Source of the DNA: a virus
IMG/VR virus record: IMGVR_UViG_3300031746_000003
Coordinates: 56,345-120,344 of that record
Strand: one strand, 5' to 3'
Length of the DNA: 64,000 bases
Position numbers and translations under genes: made by a program. Every line of letters begins with the position of its first letter. Positions within the stretch are counted from its first letter, which is position 1. Below are positions 28,530-38,491 of this stretch, in pieces. Below the pieces are notes generated by a model. That model was given only the letters and a program-made list of their open reading frames with translations, did not search any database and had not been told where the DNA came from.

Positions 28530-28556
28530 TTATCCCCTAAATGCCCTATAAATTGA
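28530..28556 (-). promoter_or_regulatory. Phage-type promoter TCAAT-N15-GG-GATAA
   Basis: Very similar to the copy at 50763-50789 (GCATTTWGGGGATAA). Confidence 0.7.
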
Positions 28557-28637
28557 CGGTTTATTAGGTCATTTTTTGCGTAGTTAGCCGGTAGTCAGCT
28601 ATCCTCAGAGCTCACGTGGTAAAGTACAGGTAAGTCA

Positions 28638-31600
28638 ATGCCTCTATCTTCTATGGACATCGCCCAGATGAATGGCGCCTTCCAGAACGGGGCCATGCAA
28701 AACATGGCTCAGTCTGGAATGATCGGGCAACCCTACGGGCACATGCCCTTAGGGGAAAACCTGGCTGGTAGAGCCATTAACATGGGTACTGGTGTAGCTC
28801 AGCCACTGACCATGGGAATGGCCACCCTCGCTGGGACTGACCCCATCTCTATGGGTATGCGCATGGGTACGTTTGCCTCCAGAGGATTAGGGACTGCTGG
28901 GGGTGTCGGCGTTGGTATGGCCGGTGGTCTTGGGATGATGGCTATCGGTGCCGGAGTACAGTACGCCGGGCATCAAGCGGTAGTCGGTGCTCAACAGCAG
29001 CAACAGTTCAACTCCTCTATGCGGAGTAACTTCAACTTTATTAACCCCGCTGCACACGGGGGTCGTGGCTTCTCGTCAGTAGACACAGCCACGATCTCTA
29101 GCAATCTTCGATCTATGGCTGGTGCTCCTCAGGGGCCCATGGGGGAGATGGTGGGCTTTGAAGAGCTCGGACGACTTGCTTCCAACATGGGACGTATGGG
29201 GATGGCACAGGGAGTACGCAGTGCCAAAGAGTTTTCTGGCAAGTTTAAAGAGATGGTCGGCGCGCTAAAAGAAATAGCTACGTCGTTCAACACCAACTTA
29301 GAAGAAGCTCAGCAGATGATGGGAGCCATGCGTGGCTCTGGTGTGTTTGGTGCTGGTAAGGCCGCTGCCTTCGCTAAGAGCATGAAGATGAGTAGCGCTG
29401 CGTCTGGGCTCACCACTACGGAGCAGACATCAGCAATGAATATTGGTTCTCAGATATCTAGGTCCATAGGTGGGCTAGGTAGAGCTGGTGCAGCTGGTGG
29501 GCTTAAGACCATTACAGACATCGGCACGGCTAAGCAGATGGGCATCATGAGTGAGGAGGATATTTATAACTCCACAGGGCTTGCTGGTGCTGAAGGTGTG
29601 CAGGCTATGGCTACGCAGCAGATGCAGTCAGCTGCTAGCTTTTTGAAGGGTGGGTTAGGCCGTAGGTTTCTAGCGTCCATGGCCGGTAAAGACGGTACGT
29701 TAAATCAGGGGTCTGTAAGTGCCTGGACAGCTGGTGGCATTGGTACTGGTGAGACCATGCGGATGGCTCATGAGAACTTGGGTGGGGTTGGCCGTGCTAA
29801 TTTTATACGTAATGAAGGGCGTCTTCGTGGTGAAGCTCTAGCCCAGTTCGGTGGGGCACTACCCGCGATGGTCATGAAGAGCTGGCTTGACCAGAGAGGC
29901 ATGTCGCTAGGGGAGAACAACGATAGATCTATGATTTTCATGCAGCGCCGCCTTGGTATGGGGCGTGACGAAGCTGACATGATGATCCGGCAGATAGAGC
30001 ATCTTCCAGAAATCATACAGCAGCAGAAGTTAGCTCAAGCAGACGTGGGTCAGAGTGAGCGCATGGGTAGGCAGAAAGCCAACCGTGGTCTAGAGGGCCT
30101 TAAGCGCAGCTTTGATAGAGCCAGAGAGACTGTTAACAACAAGCTACAAAAAGCTGGTGCAGATCTCTACGAGCATGCGTCCGACCAAATAGAAGCGTGG
30201 GCTAACAAGATGGTTGGTGGCTACGTCGAGGTGTATAGCCAAGCTGCAGCTAAGGCAGTCTCTTCTCTCAATATGGCTGGAGATGAGGGAGACCGGGCTA
30301 GAGCCATGGTTGGTATGAATGGAGGCAAGTTTAAACAGATGGGCTCACTGGGTAGTAGTGATACCCTGCGTAAAAGTATGTTCGGGGATGTTACTACTGG
30401 GGCGGGGAGTAATAACAGTAACTGGATACAGAAGAACCTTGGTATAGGAGATGTCTTGGCAGAGGAGCGTGGGGGTGCTGGCTGGTCTAAGTTCGGTACT
30501 CAAGGCGAGATGATGCGCGAGATGGGCGGCTCTCTACTCGGTACTGGTGGGGCTGATGCTCAGGCTAACAAGTCCATGCTTTCTATGGGTGCTGGAGGTG
30601 CTGCTGGTGCTATTGCCGGTGGTTGGACGGGGGCTACCGCCGGTGCAGTAGTAGGCGGGTTTGTAGGTGGTGCTGTAGGTCTTATGGCCGGTGGTGTTGG
30701 AGTTCTCGGTGGCATAGCCGCTGGGCAGGCTGTAGGTGGTTGGATAGGTGGTATAGGAGGAGCTGCAGCTGGTGGGTATCAAGGAGCTCAAGCTGGTGGA
30801 CTGCTCAGCTCAGGTGGAGCTGCTAGTTCTCAGGCGTTGGGTGCTGCAATGTCTAGTGAGGAGTCTGTACGCCTTCGCCAAGGTGCTTTCTCGTCAGATG
30901 AGGAAACAAGAAGCAAGACCATCTTGATGATGGACGGCGATGTCAAAAAGATAGAAGACAAGAAGAAGAAAGGGTTAACACTAACTGACACAGAAGAAGC
31001 ACAGCTAACTAACCTGAAGAGCATCAAGACTGCCTCCTCTGCAGGTGCTTACGCTGATAAGGCGGGCAAGAGCGTTACCAGCCTGTCTAAAGATGAGTGG
31101 GAGAAGATTGGTAAAGCTAATGGCCAGAGTGGCACAGAAGCTAGAGCAGCTGCGTACGCTCAAGCAGGTACGGCAGCTAAGGATCAACTTGAAGCGGTTA
31201 TAACCACCGCAGATGTTATGCAGAAGCAGGGGGAAGATATTGTTAGTGGATTAGGCACTAAAGGTGAGGGTGAGGGTGGGCAGCTAGTGCGTGGGGCTGG
31301 CGGTAAGTTAGAGTTGGGTGAAGAGGCTTATGGAGAGATCCATAACCAGTTTAAGAAGAACGAGCAGGCGTTAGGCGACTCAGCTTTCGAATACGCTCAA
31401 GGTATGGCTAAGGCAGCTGCATTTGCAGCTGACTACAAACCTGGCGAGTTCAAGTTTGAAGGTGTGTCTCAAGGGCGAGCAGGGTCACAAGCGTATGCGA
31501 AGGCTAAAGCAGCTTTTGGACCTGCGGAGGATGCTCGCCGTACTGCCCACATAAAGAAGTGGAAGGAGATGCAGGGTGAAGCTAGCGCCAAGCTCGGAGG

Positions 31601-32177
31601 ACTTAGCGCTGCAGACCGCAGACGAGCTATGCTTGCTGCGGGCAGTGGTGGGCGTGGCGCATTGGTGGACGCCCGTGATGAGTATCAAGCAGCTGTGGAG
31701 GATTCGCTAGATAAGGCTAAGAAGAGCCCAATCATAGGTGAGGGTCTTCGAGTTGCCGCGGGGTTCTTAGGAGTTAGAGTATCCGCTAAAGATCTGGCAG
31801 CTGCTGACAAGAATGGTGGTGTTGACTCTCAAATTAGGTTACTCGCTGAAGCATCAGGTATTGACTTCAAGGACCCTAAAAACTCGCAGTACATGAAAGA
31901 CTTTGAGGCTTTGGCGAAGGCCAAAACACCAGCTGAACGTACAGATGTAGTTACGCGACTGCAAGGCAGCGATGTGCAAAAAGCGATAACTAAGGTACAG
32001 GGTGATAAGAAGGAAGCTAGTGACCGCAAGGACAATCCAATACAGGCTCTGATGGAAGGTCACTTGAAGAACATAGCTTCGGCGTTTGGTGGTGCAGGAC
32101 AAGAACTTGCTAGTAAGATAGGGGTTGCCGTCTCTAGTAAAGATAACACTCCGCCAAGTGCCGAGAAACCAAAATGA
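28638..32177 (+). CDS. Tape measure protein
   Basis: 1179 aa, helical, Gly/Ala/Met-rich with a glycine-zipper segment; precedes tube initiator and hub. Confidence 0.75.
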   Translation: MPLSSMDIAQMNGAFQNGAMQNMAQSGMIGQPYGHMPLGENLAGRAINMGTGVAQPLTMGMATLAGTDPISMGMRMGTFASRGLGTAGGVGVGMAGGLGMMAIGAGVQYAGHQAVVGAQQQQQFNSSMRSNFNFINPAAHGGRGFSSVDTATISSNLRSMAGAPQGPMGEMVGFEELGRLASNMGRMGMAQGVRSAKEFSGKFKEMVGALKEIATSFNTNLEEAQQMMGAMRGSGVFGAGKAAAFAKSMKMSSAASGLTTTEQTSAMNIGSQISRSIGGLGRAGAAGGLKTITDIGTAKQMGIMSEEDIYNSTGLAGAEGVQAMATQQMQSAASFLKGGLGRRFLASMAGKDGTLNQGSVSAWTAGGIGTGETMRMAHENLGGVGRANFIRNEGRLRGEALAQFGGALPAMVMKSWLDQRGMSLGENNDRSMIFMQRRLGMGRDEADMMIRQIEHLPEIIQQQKLAQADVGQSERMGRQKANRGLEGLKRSFDRARETVNNKLQKAGADLYEHASDQIEAWANKMVGGYVEVYSQAAAKAVSSLNMAGDEGDRARAMVGMNGGKFKQMGSLGSSDTLRKSMFGDVTTGAGSNNSNWIQKNLGIGDVLAEERGGAGWSKFGTQGEMMREMGGSLLGTGGADAQANKSMLSMGAGGAAGAIAGGWTGATAGAVVGGFVGGAVGLMAGGVGVLGGIAAGQAVGGWIGGIGGAAAGGYQGAQAGGLLSSGGAASSQALGAAMSSEESVRLRQGAFSSDEETRSKTILMMDGDVKKIEDKKKKGLTLTDTEEAQLTNLKSIKTASSAGAYADKAGKSVTSLSKDEWEKIGKANGQSGTEARAAAYAQAGTAAKDQLEAVITTADVMQKQGEDIVSGLGTKGEGEGGQLVRGAGGKLELGEEAYGEIHNQFKKNEQALGDSAFEYAQGMAKAAAFAADYKPGEFKFEGVSQGRAGSQAYAKAKAAFGPAEDARRTAHIKKWKEMQGEASAKLGGLSAADRRRAMLAAGSGGRGALVDARDEYQAAVEDSLDKAKKSPIIGEGLRVAAGFLGVRVSAKDLAAADKNGGVDSQIRLLAEASGIDFKDPKNSQYMKDFEALAKAKTPAERTDVVTRLQGSDVQKAITKVQGDKKEASDRKDNPIQALMEGHLKNIASAFGGAGQELASKIGVAVSSKDNTPPSAEKPK

Positions 32178-32443
32178 AGTCATTACTGTTCCAAGGTGTT
32201 ACTCCCTTTGTAGAGCCACCTGACTGTGCTGGTATTCCTTGTCGTGTAGAGGTACCTATCACAATCAATAAGCAGGGTAGACTCTATACGTTTATGCTGC
32301 GTGATAAGATCGCTCCCGAAGACCCTTACCTGGTGATGGTAAAAGCAGCAGCCTTCTCCATCCAACATAACGAGCCCTACAACGGGACGCCAATACCGCG
32401 TTCCGTCAAAGACTTTCTAATCAAGACCAACTTGGTGACCTAA
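32174..32443 (+). CDS. Small tail-tip-associated hypothetical protein
   Basis: Coupled on both sides. Confidence 0.6.
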   Translation: MKSLLFQGVTPFVEPPDCAGIPCRVEVPITINKQGRLYTFMLRDKIAPEDPYLVMVKAAAFSIQHNEPYNGTPIPRSVKDFLIKTNLVT

Positions 32444-34578
32444 TGCCTGTATTCATCGAGCTCATTACTGAGGCATTCGAAGAAACCAATGCGCGCATTC
32501 AGAAAGATGCGGGCAGTGGTAGCGGCTCTGCTCGTGCCGGTAAGTCTAACGTGCGTAGGCCTGTGCGTGGGTTAGAGATCAAGGAAGATACCTTTGCGTT
32601 CTTGAAGGTAGTACGTGCAGACAACACAGAAATACCAATCATAGACTCTAGCTCACCTACTGGTAAGTCAGAGGGTGGTTACTCTAACTTCATACTGCAG
32701 AGCGTGCAGGAAGCACGTATGGAGAAGAACCAGATAGTAGAGACCTTCGGGGACTCCTACATATTCTTCTTTGGTGAGTCCCCACGCTTCTTAGACGTCA
32801 GTGCGGTGTTACTCAATAGCAACGACTTTAACTGGGAAGCAGAGTGGTGGGAGAACTATAACAAGTACCTACGTGGTACTAAGCTCGTAGAGATGGGGGC
32901 ACGTTGCTACCTTTTCTACGATGACAATATCGTAGAGGGGTACATCCTTGGGGCTCAAGCTGCGAAGACAGCTGATACGCCGCTGTCAGTACAGCTCACC
33001 TTCAAGTTCTTTGTAACTAACCAATCCAATGTGTCTTTCATAGGAGACACGAACTTCCCAACTAGGAAGGTTCTGACGACTATAGACATTGACGAAGCTG
33101 CTCCTATTGACTCCGTTAATACTGATTCGCAGCAGATCGCTAGTAATGCTGTAAGCACTCGCTCTGCAGCAGATCAGGCAGCTGTAGACGCACTGCTATC
33201 TCTTAACGAGCAGTTGTTGGGCGCCATTGGTCCTCCTACAGATCTAAAGCCGGATGAGATAGAGGCTGCTAACGCGGCGATAGCTAAGAACCTAGCTGCT
33301 ATACAGAACTTCCCACCAGGGCAGTTTGGTTCTGATCGTGCGCTTAGTGATGCTGTGCGTAACGCTCCTCCTGGTGGTTTGACTGATCCGGCTGTTACCA
33401 GCGCTATTCAGTCAACCAAGAACTCTGGTCCTGGGCATAGAGGTAAGATCTATGACAATTTCGACGAGTACATAGACAGCTCAGACGGCGCAGGTACCTC
33501 AACTGGCCTGAGTTACAGGCTACAGGATGACCGCCCTCCGTTGTTCTTGTTACAGGGGATCGTAGACTCGATAACTAATGCTGACGATGACCTACAGACA
33601 GAAGCCGCTAACCAGATGGCTAACTATGTAGAACCTGCGCCACCTACTCCTGAGCCACCACCAGAGGAAGAATCTTTTGGTAAGAAGCTACAACACTTTT
33701 TAGCTAGAGATACGCCGACTAACTCAAGAGACGTGCTGGGTTCTCCTAAGGTTATGAACGGCCTTGGTGTTGGCCCCATCTTCACTGCCGGGGCAGGTGC
33801 CGGAGCTGTAGCTGGGTTTGGGCCTAGGTTCGGCGGTGCAGCCCAAGGATTCGGTGGAGGTATAGGTGGCTCAGCTGGCGCTTTTGCTGTAGCTAGCTCA
33901 AGTGGTAGGGCTTTTGCTGGAGCTTTTGCTGGAGCAGCCGCAGGAGTTGGTGTCGTGACTACCGCTGATGGTACCTCCTTAGTCAGCACCAAGAGCTCCT
34001 TTGCAGGTATCTTTGGTCCTACCGCTGCAGCAAAGAATGTGTTTAGCTCAGACAGATTCCGCTACGTAGAAGGTGTTAACGACCCACGCTATGGGTACAG
34101 GAGCCCCCATGCTGCAGGGCCAGGCTTTGGGGTAGTAGGGTTTGCTGACTATGGAGGACCTGGTTTCGGTGGCTGCTCTAGCACTGGTGACCCAGGCTTC
34201 AGAGACCCAAGACTCTTTGCCTTTGCTGGGGTAGGGGCTAGCGCAAGAGCTGGTATCGCGTACACCAGCTTCAACAGGCCTAACCAAGATATCACTGCAC
34301 TAGGCGGCTCAGCGGGTGTCTTTGCTGTGGCAGGTGTATCTACTGGGTCAGGAGCTTTTGCCAGTAGCGGGACTTACACAAGAACAGGACTAGGTGGAGG
34401 AACGTCTGGCCAAATGGGCGGCGCTTACACAACTGTCACAGGCAGACCGTCCGCCTTCGCCATGGTCTCTGTTCCAGGGAAGTTAGACCCAACTGGTCAA
34501 GCCTCCTCTGGCTCTTTCTCTGGCGTTGATGGTTCTGGGGCTTACGCTGGAGCTTGGGCTCAGGCAAGCTTCCCATAA
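32443..34578 (+). CDS. Putative tail tube initiator with long Gly/Ala/Phe-rich C-terminus
   Basis: NFILQSVQEARMEKNQIVETFGDSYIFFFGE tube-fold-like N-domain; follows tape measure. Confidence 0.6.
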   Translation: MPVFIELITEAFEETNARIQKDAGSGSGSARAGKSNVRRPVRGLEIKEDTFAFLKVVRADNTEIPIIDSSSPTGKSEGGYSNFILQSVQEARMEKNQIVETFGDSYIFFFGESPRFLDVSAVLLNSNDFNWEAEWWENYNKYLRGTKLVEMGARCYLFYDDNIVEGYILGAQAAKTADTPLSVQLTFKFFVTNQSNVSFIGDTNFPTRKVLTTIDIDEAAPIDSVNTDSQQIASNAVSTRSAADQAAVDALLSLNEQLLGAIGPPTDLKPDEIEAANAAIAKNLAAIQNFPPGQFGSDRALSDAVRNAPPGGLTDPAVTSAIQSTKNSGPGHRGKIYDNFDEYIDSSDGAGTSTGLSYRLQDDRPPLFLLQGIVDSITNADDDLQTEAANQMANYVEPAPPTPEPPPEEESFGKKLQHFLARDTPTNSRDVLGSPKVMNGLGVGPIFTAGAGAGAVAGFGPRFGGAAQGFGGGIGGSAGAFAVASSSGRAFAGAFAGAAAGVGVVTTADGTSLVSTKSSFAGIFGPTAAAKNVFSSDRFRYVEGVNDPRYGYRSPHAAGPGFGVVGFADYGGPGFGGCSSTGDPGFRDPRLFAFAGVGASARAGIAYTSFNRPNQDITALGGSAGVFAVAGVSTGSGAFASSGTYTRTGLGGGTSGQMGGAYTTVTGRPSAFAMVSVPGKLDPTGQASSGSFSGVDGSGAYAGAWAQASFP

Positions 34579-37500
34579 TGTCACACGCACATGGGCAACG
34601 TCTCAAACTGCGACTCTTCCTAGAAGGAGTCGAAGTACCAGTAATTTCTGCCAACGTGCAGACAGCTCCTAACAGCCCAGCGGTGTGTTCTATACAGATC
34701 CCACCGCTAGCTGAAGGCACACGTTTGCTACCACGCACGCTGGTGCATCTCTTCTTCTTAGACTTCTATGCTATGGCGAGCCCCAACATATACAACCGGG
34801 GCCCCCTAGTTACGCCAGGGTCTTCTAAGTCCCCAACAGCCTATCAACTGTCACGCCAGTCATATGATGAAAAGGCGGAAGACGGTCAAACTGACGATGG
34901 TTCGATTAAGAACGTACTGTCTGACATAGGTAATGAGCAGTACAAGCTTATGTTCGCTGGAGAAGTCATAGGCTTCCAGTGGTCTAAGAACCAAGCTCAA
35001 CGTTCGCTAGTGCTGCAGTGTGAGGACTTCTCTAACTACTGGGACTACGCCTACCAGTTCAACAACACAGATATCTTCGGTCCAGGTATCAAAGCTGTGT
35101 TCTCTGGTGGTGCCACAAATCTGTTCACTGACTTTCTCTCCACAGAGGGGAGCGTTCTAACAGCCATCGTTAGCAGCGGTAGGTGCAACACGTTCCCTAA
35201 GATGGAGGGCATGGCAGCCGGCCTTATACGCTTGATAGAGGCCATTGGGGGTAACTACTACTCACGGCCAGGCCAAGACTTTAAGCTTGCCAAGACCCAT
35301 GCAGGGCAGAACATTTTCTTCTCTTTAGCTGAACTACGTCTGCACATCACGCAGATGATCACAGCTATAGAAGATGATCCTACGTCAAAGCAACTGCTTA
35401 GCAGACACGGCTATTCAGGGTACTTTGATAGGCTGCTGGGTGGGCAAGGTGGGCAGGTATCTATACGTCAAGCAATGAACGCCCTTAGTGGTGTCATGTT
35501 CTACGAGACGTACGCGCAACCTTGCCCAATGTACAAGCCCGGTCTTGCAGGTACTATTGGTGGTCAGGGTAGAGCTCTGTTATCAGAAGATACCCGACTA
35601 GGATTTATAGCTATAGCAGCTAAAGATGCAGCATTTGGGATTAACACAGTTAAAGCTACGTTAGAGAACTTCTCCAGTAACCCTACAGCAAACACTAGTA
35701 GAGTAGCCGCTGTTAAAGCCGTAGCTATCCAACTTACAGGAGTGCGTAAGACATTGAACGGCGTACAGGCTCAAGCTGGTAGAGCTCCCGCTGAAGTAAA
35801 AGGTCTGCTTAGCAAAGCCAGTAGAGCTGTAGCCGCAGCTGCCATTGCAATGTCTGGGTGGGGTCCTCAAGCACCAGAGACCGCCCGTAAAAAGGTGACT
35901 GACAAGTTAGACGAGGCGCACAGATACCTGATCAGTGTGGCTCAGGCTACTATAACTACTACTAAAGCTAAGGATACAGCACCTGCGGTACTTCAGCAGC
36001 AAATACTACGGCCTGACATCTGGTTTACTTCCCCACCACGTTGCAACGTATTGTTCCCAGAGAGTTACCACCAGCTGGACTATGCTCGTTCGTTTCTCAA
36101 AGAACCTACAAGATTTCTGCTCAAGACCAACGACGAGTTCTTCGGCGAAGACTTCCTGTTTGACAAGTTCTACTTCGCGCCAGCCGCAGGTAGTCTGTCA
36201 AAGGATAAGTCAAGTCTGCAGAGCATCCTAAAGAACGACCTATTAGACCATGAGCTCTTCACCGGCATACTCCCAGTGTTTGAGAAGATGGGGGAGTTCA
36301 ACGTATTCGCTGCAGCTGCTGGAGTACAGTCCATCGTTAAGAAGAAGAAAGGCCCTGTCGCTCTAAACCCAACTACCCCCGCTAACTCCACTGAGTGGGT
36401 AGCTAGAGCTGCAGCGCAGAAAGGCGGTCAAATAGACAAAATAGGTTATGCGCAGCGGTCTACTAACTTCATGTATTTTAAGCACCGCTTCAACGCACGA
36501 CAAATGACGGTAACTGGTAAGTTCAACCCTTACATAGCCTGTGGGTTCCCCGGTCTTATCTTAGACAAGTATGTAGATGAGGCAGCCTTAAAGACGTACA
36601 ACGAGTTAAGGGCCACCAAAGGATTTCCTCAGACATTGGCTGGGCAAGCTCTGGGTACTAACTTCTTGGGTAACTTTACACAAGTATCTCACCAGGTATC
36701 TCAGTCAGAAACTGCAGGGGTCACATCTATCACGTGTAGCTACCCACGTCAGCCAGAGGAGTCTACAGAGTTTCTTGGAGCAGTAGAGAAAACGCAGACA
36801 ATACGTAAACGGTTTGGTACAGATGCTGTACGGTCTACGGACGTAGCTGCAGCTAGCGCACCAAAGCTGTTCTCTCTTGGCCCTAACTTTGGGCGCATTA
36901 CGGACGTTGTGGACGTGACTGCACAGTACTTGGGTGGTGGAGCCGACTCTCTAGAACCTACTGGCCGTAGCTTGCCTCTGTTCGCTGGAGAATCTCGTAG
37001 GAAGGGGTACGAGGCTGGTAAGTCTCAAAAGATACTCGTGCCTATTGGTGTGCCAGTAAGTGGTAATAGCCTGGGCTCGCACATAGTAGGTAGTATCATT
37101 GGTGACCCCAACATAAAGGTTGCCTTCAAGGCCTACAAGGTGACTGAGGAGATACCAAAGTATCGATCCCAGATTATAGATGTACCAGCTGAGAAGTTTA
37201 TTAGCCCAGGTTGGTATGGAGATATTTGGTCGGCTGCTAAAGTAGGACAAGCCTACGGTCATTTTTTTGGTACTGGGTCTATCAATGACCCACAACAGGT
37301 AGCTGACCCAGGGGGCTCTTCTACTGGTGCGATTAACCAAGAAGCAGAAGACGCATTAGCTACACGTCTCAAGTCTGATGGTAGCTACGATGCACGTGAG
37401 GAGGCTCCAGCAATTTTGGCATTGGATACCAACACCAGTATCCAACAAGCTGTAGAGTTCCTAGTGTCGGTGTACAGCTACGTCAAAGGTAGCTCAATGG

Positions 37501-37808
37501 ACACAGAAGAGTTTATAAGGTCGTATACATGGAGACCAGTTGCTTCCATGATAGATATGCTTGGTACTAGCGATCTAAAGTTCAGTGACGACGGGCACAA
37601 CGTACTGACTGGCTTTGAGGGCTTTCACTCAAAGGCCTTTGGTCCCTATGAAGATCTCTTCGGACTAGTGGGACCCGAGATAGAAAATATCCTAGGTATC
37701 AAAAAAGGTAGCCCCATCGCTCAGAAGGCTGACACTAGGAAGCGCAAGCAAGACGCCGTTAAGCAGCTAGTTGCTGCGCTGCTCTTCTCTCGGGCTATCC
37801 TAGGTTGA
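34578..37808 (+). CDS. Putative baseplate hub (gp27/VgrG-like) protein
   Basis: LFLEGVEVPV...MFAGEVIGFQW...LQCED and MTVTGKFNPYIACGFPGLI...TQVSHQVS hub-like motifs. Confidence 0.65.
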   Translation: MSHAHGQRLKLRLFLEGVEVPVISANVQTAPNSPAVCSIQIPPLAEGTRLLPRTLVHLFFLDFYAMASPNIYNRGPLVTPGSSKSPTAYQLSRQSYDEKAEDGQTDDGSIKNVLSDIGNEQYKLMFAGEVIGFQWSKNQAQRSLVLQCEDFSNYWDYAYQFNNTDIFGPGIKAVFSGGATNLFTDFLSTEGSVLTAIVSSGRCNTFPKMEGMAAGLIRLIEAIGGNYYSRPGQDFKLAKTHAGQNIFFSLAELRLHITQMITAIEDDPTSKQLLSRHGYSGYFDRLLGGQGGQVSIRQAMNALSGVMFYETYAQPCPMYKPGLAGTIGGQGRALLSEDTRLGFIAIAAKDAAFGINTVKATLENFSSNPTANTSRVAAVKAVAIQLTGVRKTLNGVQAQAGRAPAEVKGLLSKASRAVAAAAIAMSGWGPQAPETARKKVTDKLDEAHRYLISVAQATITTTKAKDTAPAVLQQQILRPDIWFTSPPRCNVLFPESYHQLDYARSFLKEPTRFLLKTNDEFFGEDFLFDKFYFAPAAGSLSKDKSSLQSILKNDLLDHELFTGILPVFEKMGEFNVFAAAAGVQSIVKKKKGPVALNPTTPANSTEWVARAAAQKGGQIDKIGYAQRSTNFMYFKHRFNARQMTVTGKFNPYIACGFPGLILDKYVDEAALKTYNELRATKGFPQTLAGQALGTNFLGNFTQVSHQVSQSETAGVTSITCSYPRQPEESTEFLGAVEKTQTIRKRFGTDAVRSTDVAAASAPKLFSLGPNFGRITDVVDVTAQYLGGGADSLEPTGRSLPLFAGESRRKGYEAGKSQKILVPIGVPVSGNSLGSHIVGSIIGDPNIKVAFKAYKVTEEIPKYRSQIIDVPAEKFISPGWYGDIWSAAKVGQAYGHFFGTGSINDPQQVADPGGSSTGAINQEAEDALATRLKSDGSYDAREEAPAILALDTNTSIQQAVEFLVSVYSYVKGSSMDTEEFIRSYTWRPVASMIDMLGTSDLKFSDDGHNVLTGFEGFHSKAFGPYEDLFGLVGPEIENILGIKKGSPIAQKADTRKRKQDAVKQLVAALLFSRAILG

Positions 37809-37850
37809 TTCCCTAGTTTTGAGCTAGATGGTATAACTTATAGGCCATTC

Positions 37851-38231
37851 ATGACCTATGACGAAGCCATTAAAGCTGCGTTTTTCAACGAGCTCAAGAA
37901 GATAGCCGCGTCTAACCAGATGCTGGCTGCTTCCTCCAAGCTACGGAGTGGTCGTCGGCCCATGAGTGCCGAGACCATGTTGGCTAAGGACAAGGCCGGT
38001 GAGCTCTACAAGAGTGCCTTCGGTTCTGACCAGAGCTCTCTCTTCTACTCTGATAGTGACCCCAAGACTGGTGCACCAGCAAGGGCCAAGGGTAAGCGTG
38101 GTGACGTACCCTCTCGTGAAGATACTATTAGTCCGGCCAAGACAGTAGACCGACAGACAGTAACGACAACTACAGCTCCAGGTCTTTTAGATACAGACTC
38201 GAACAATAGGCCATCAGAGCGAGCTTACTGA
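37851..38231 (+). CDS. Small K-x-A motif protein
   Basis: AAFFNELKKIAA, ELYKSAF. Confidence 0.7.
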   Translation: MTYDEAIKAAFFNELKKIAASNQMLAASSKLRSGRRPMSAETMLAKDKAGELYKSAFGSDQSSLFYSDSDPKTGAPARAKGKRGDVPSREDTISPAKTVDRQTVTTTTAPGLLDTDSNNRPSERAY

Positions 38232-38491
38232 TGTCCCCTGTTGTCTTCCACAGCTTTGCTTGTGAGCTAGTGAAGATAGCTACGCCTATTGATGGTGGTG
38301 ACTCTGGTGCACCTAGGAGGGGTGACGTACCCACCCGAGATGGGCAGTATCAGCGCGGCAGTAAACAGCGTGCTGGGCAAGGCGGTCTTGTAGAATCACT
38401 AGCGCCAGAGCAAGCTGTACGTATTAGCGGGCCATACGCTATTCAAACCAATGGTGGCAACACCGTTGATAGTGGGAAAGTCGAAGGTTAG
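38231..38491 (+). CDS. Small K-x-A motif protein
   Basis: HSFACELVKIAT; shares RGDVP(S/T)R with the previous gene. Confidence 0.65.
   Translation: MSPVVFHSFACELVKIATPIDGGDSGAPRRGDVPTRDGQYQRGSKQRAGQGGLVESLAPEQAVRISGPYAIQTNGGNTVDSGKVEG

Noticed and set aside
37810-37836. TGGTATAA at 37829 (also near 45545 and 53564) as full members of the NCAAW promoter class
   Set aside because: Only the -10-like part matches; no CAAW box at the conserved distance
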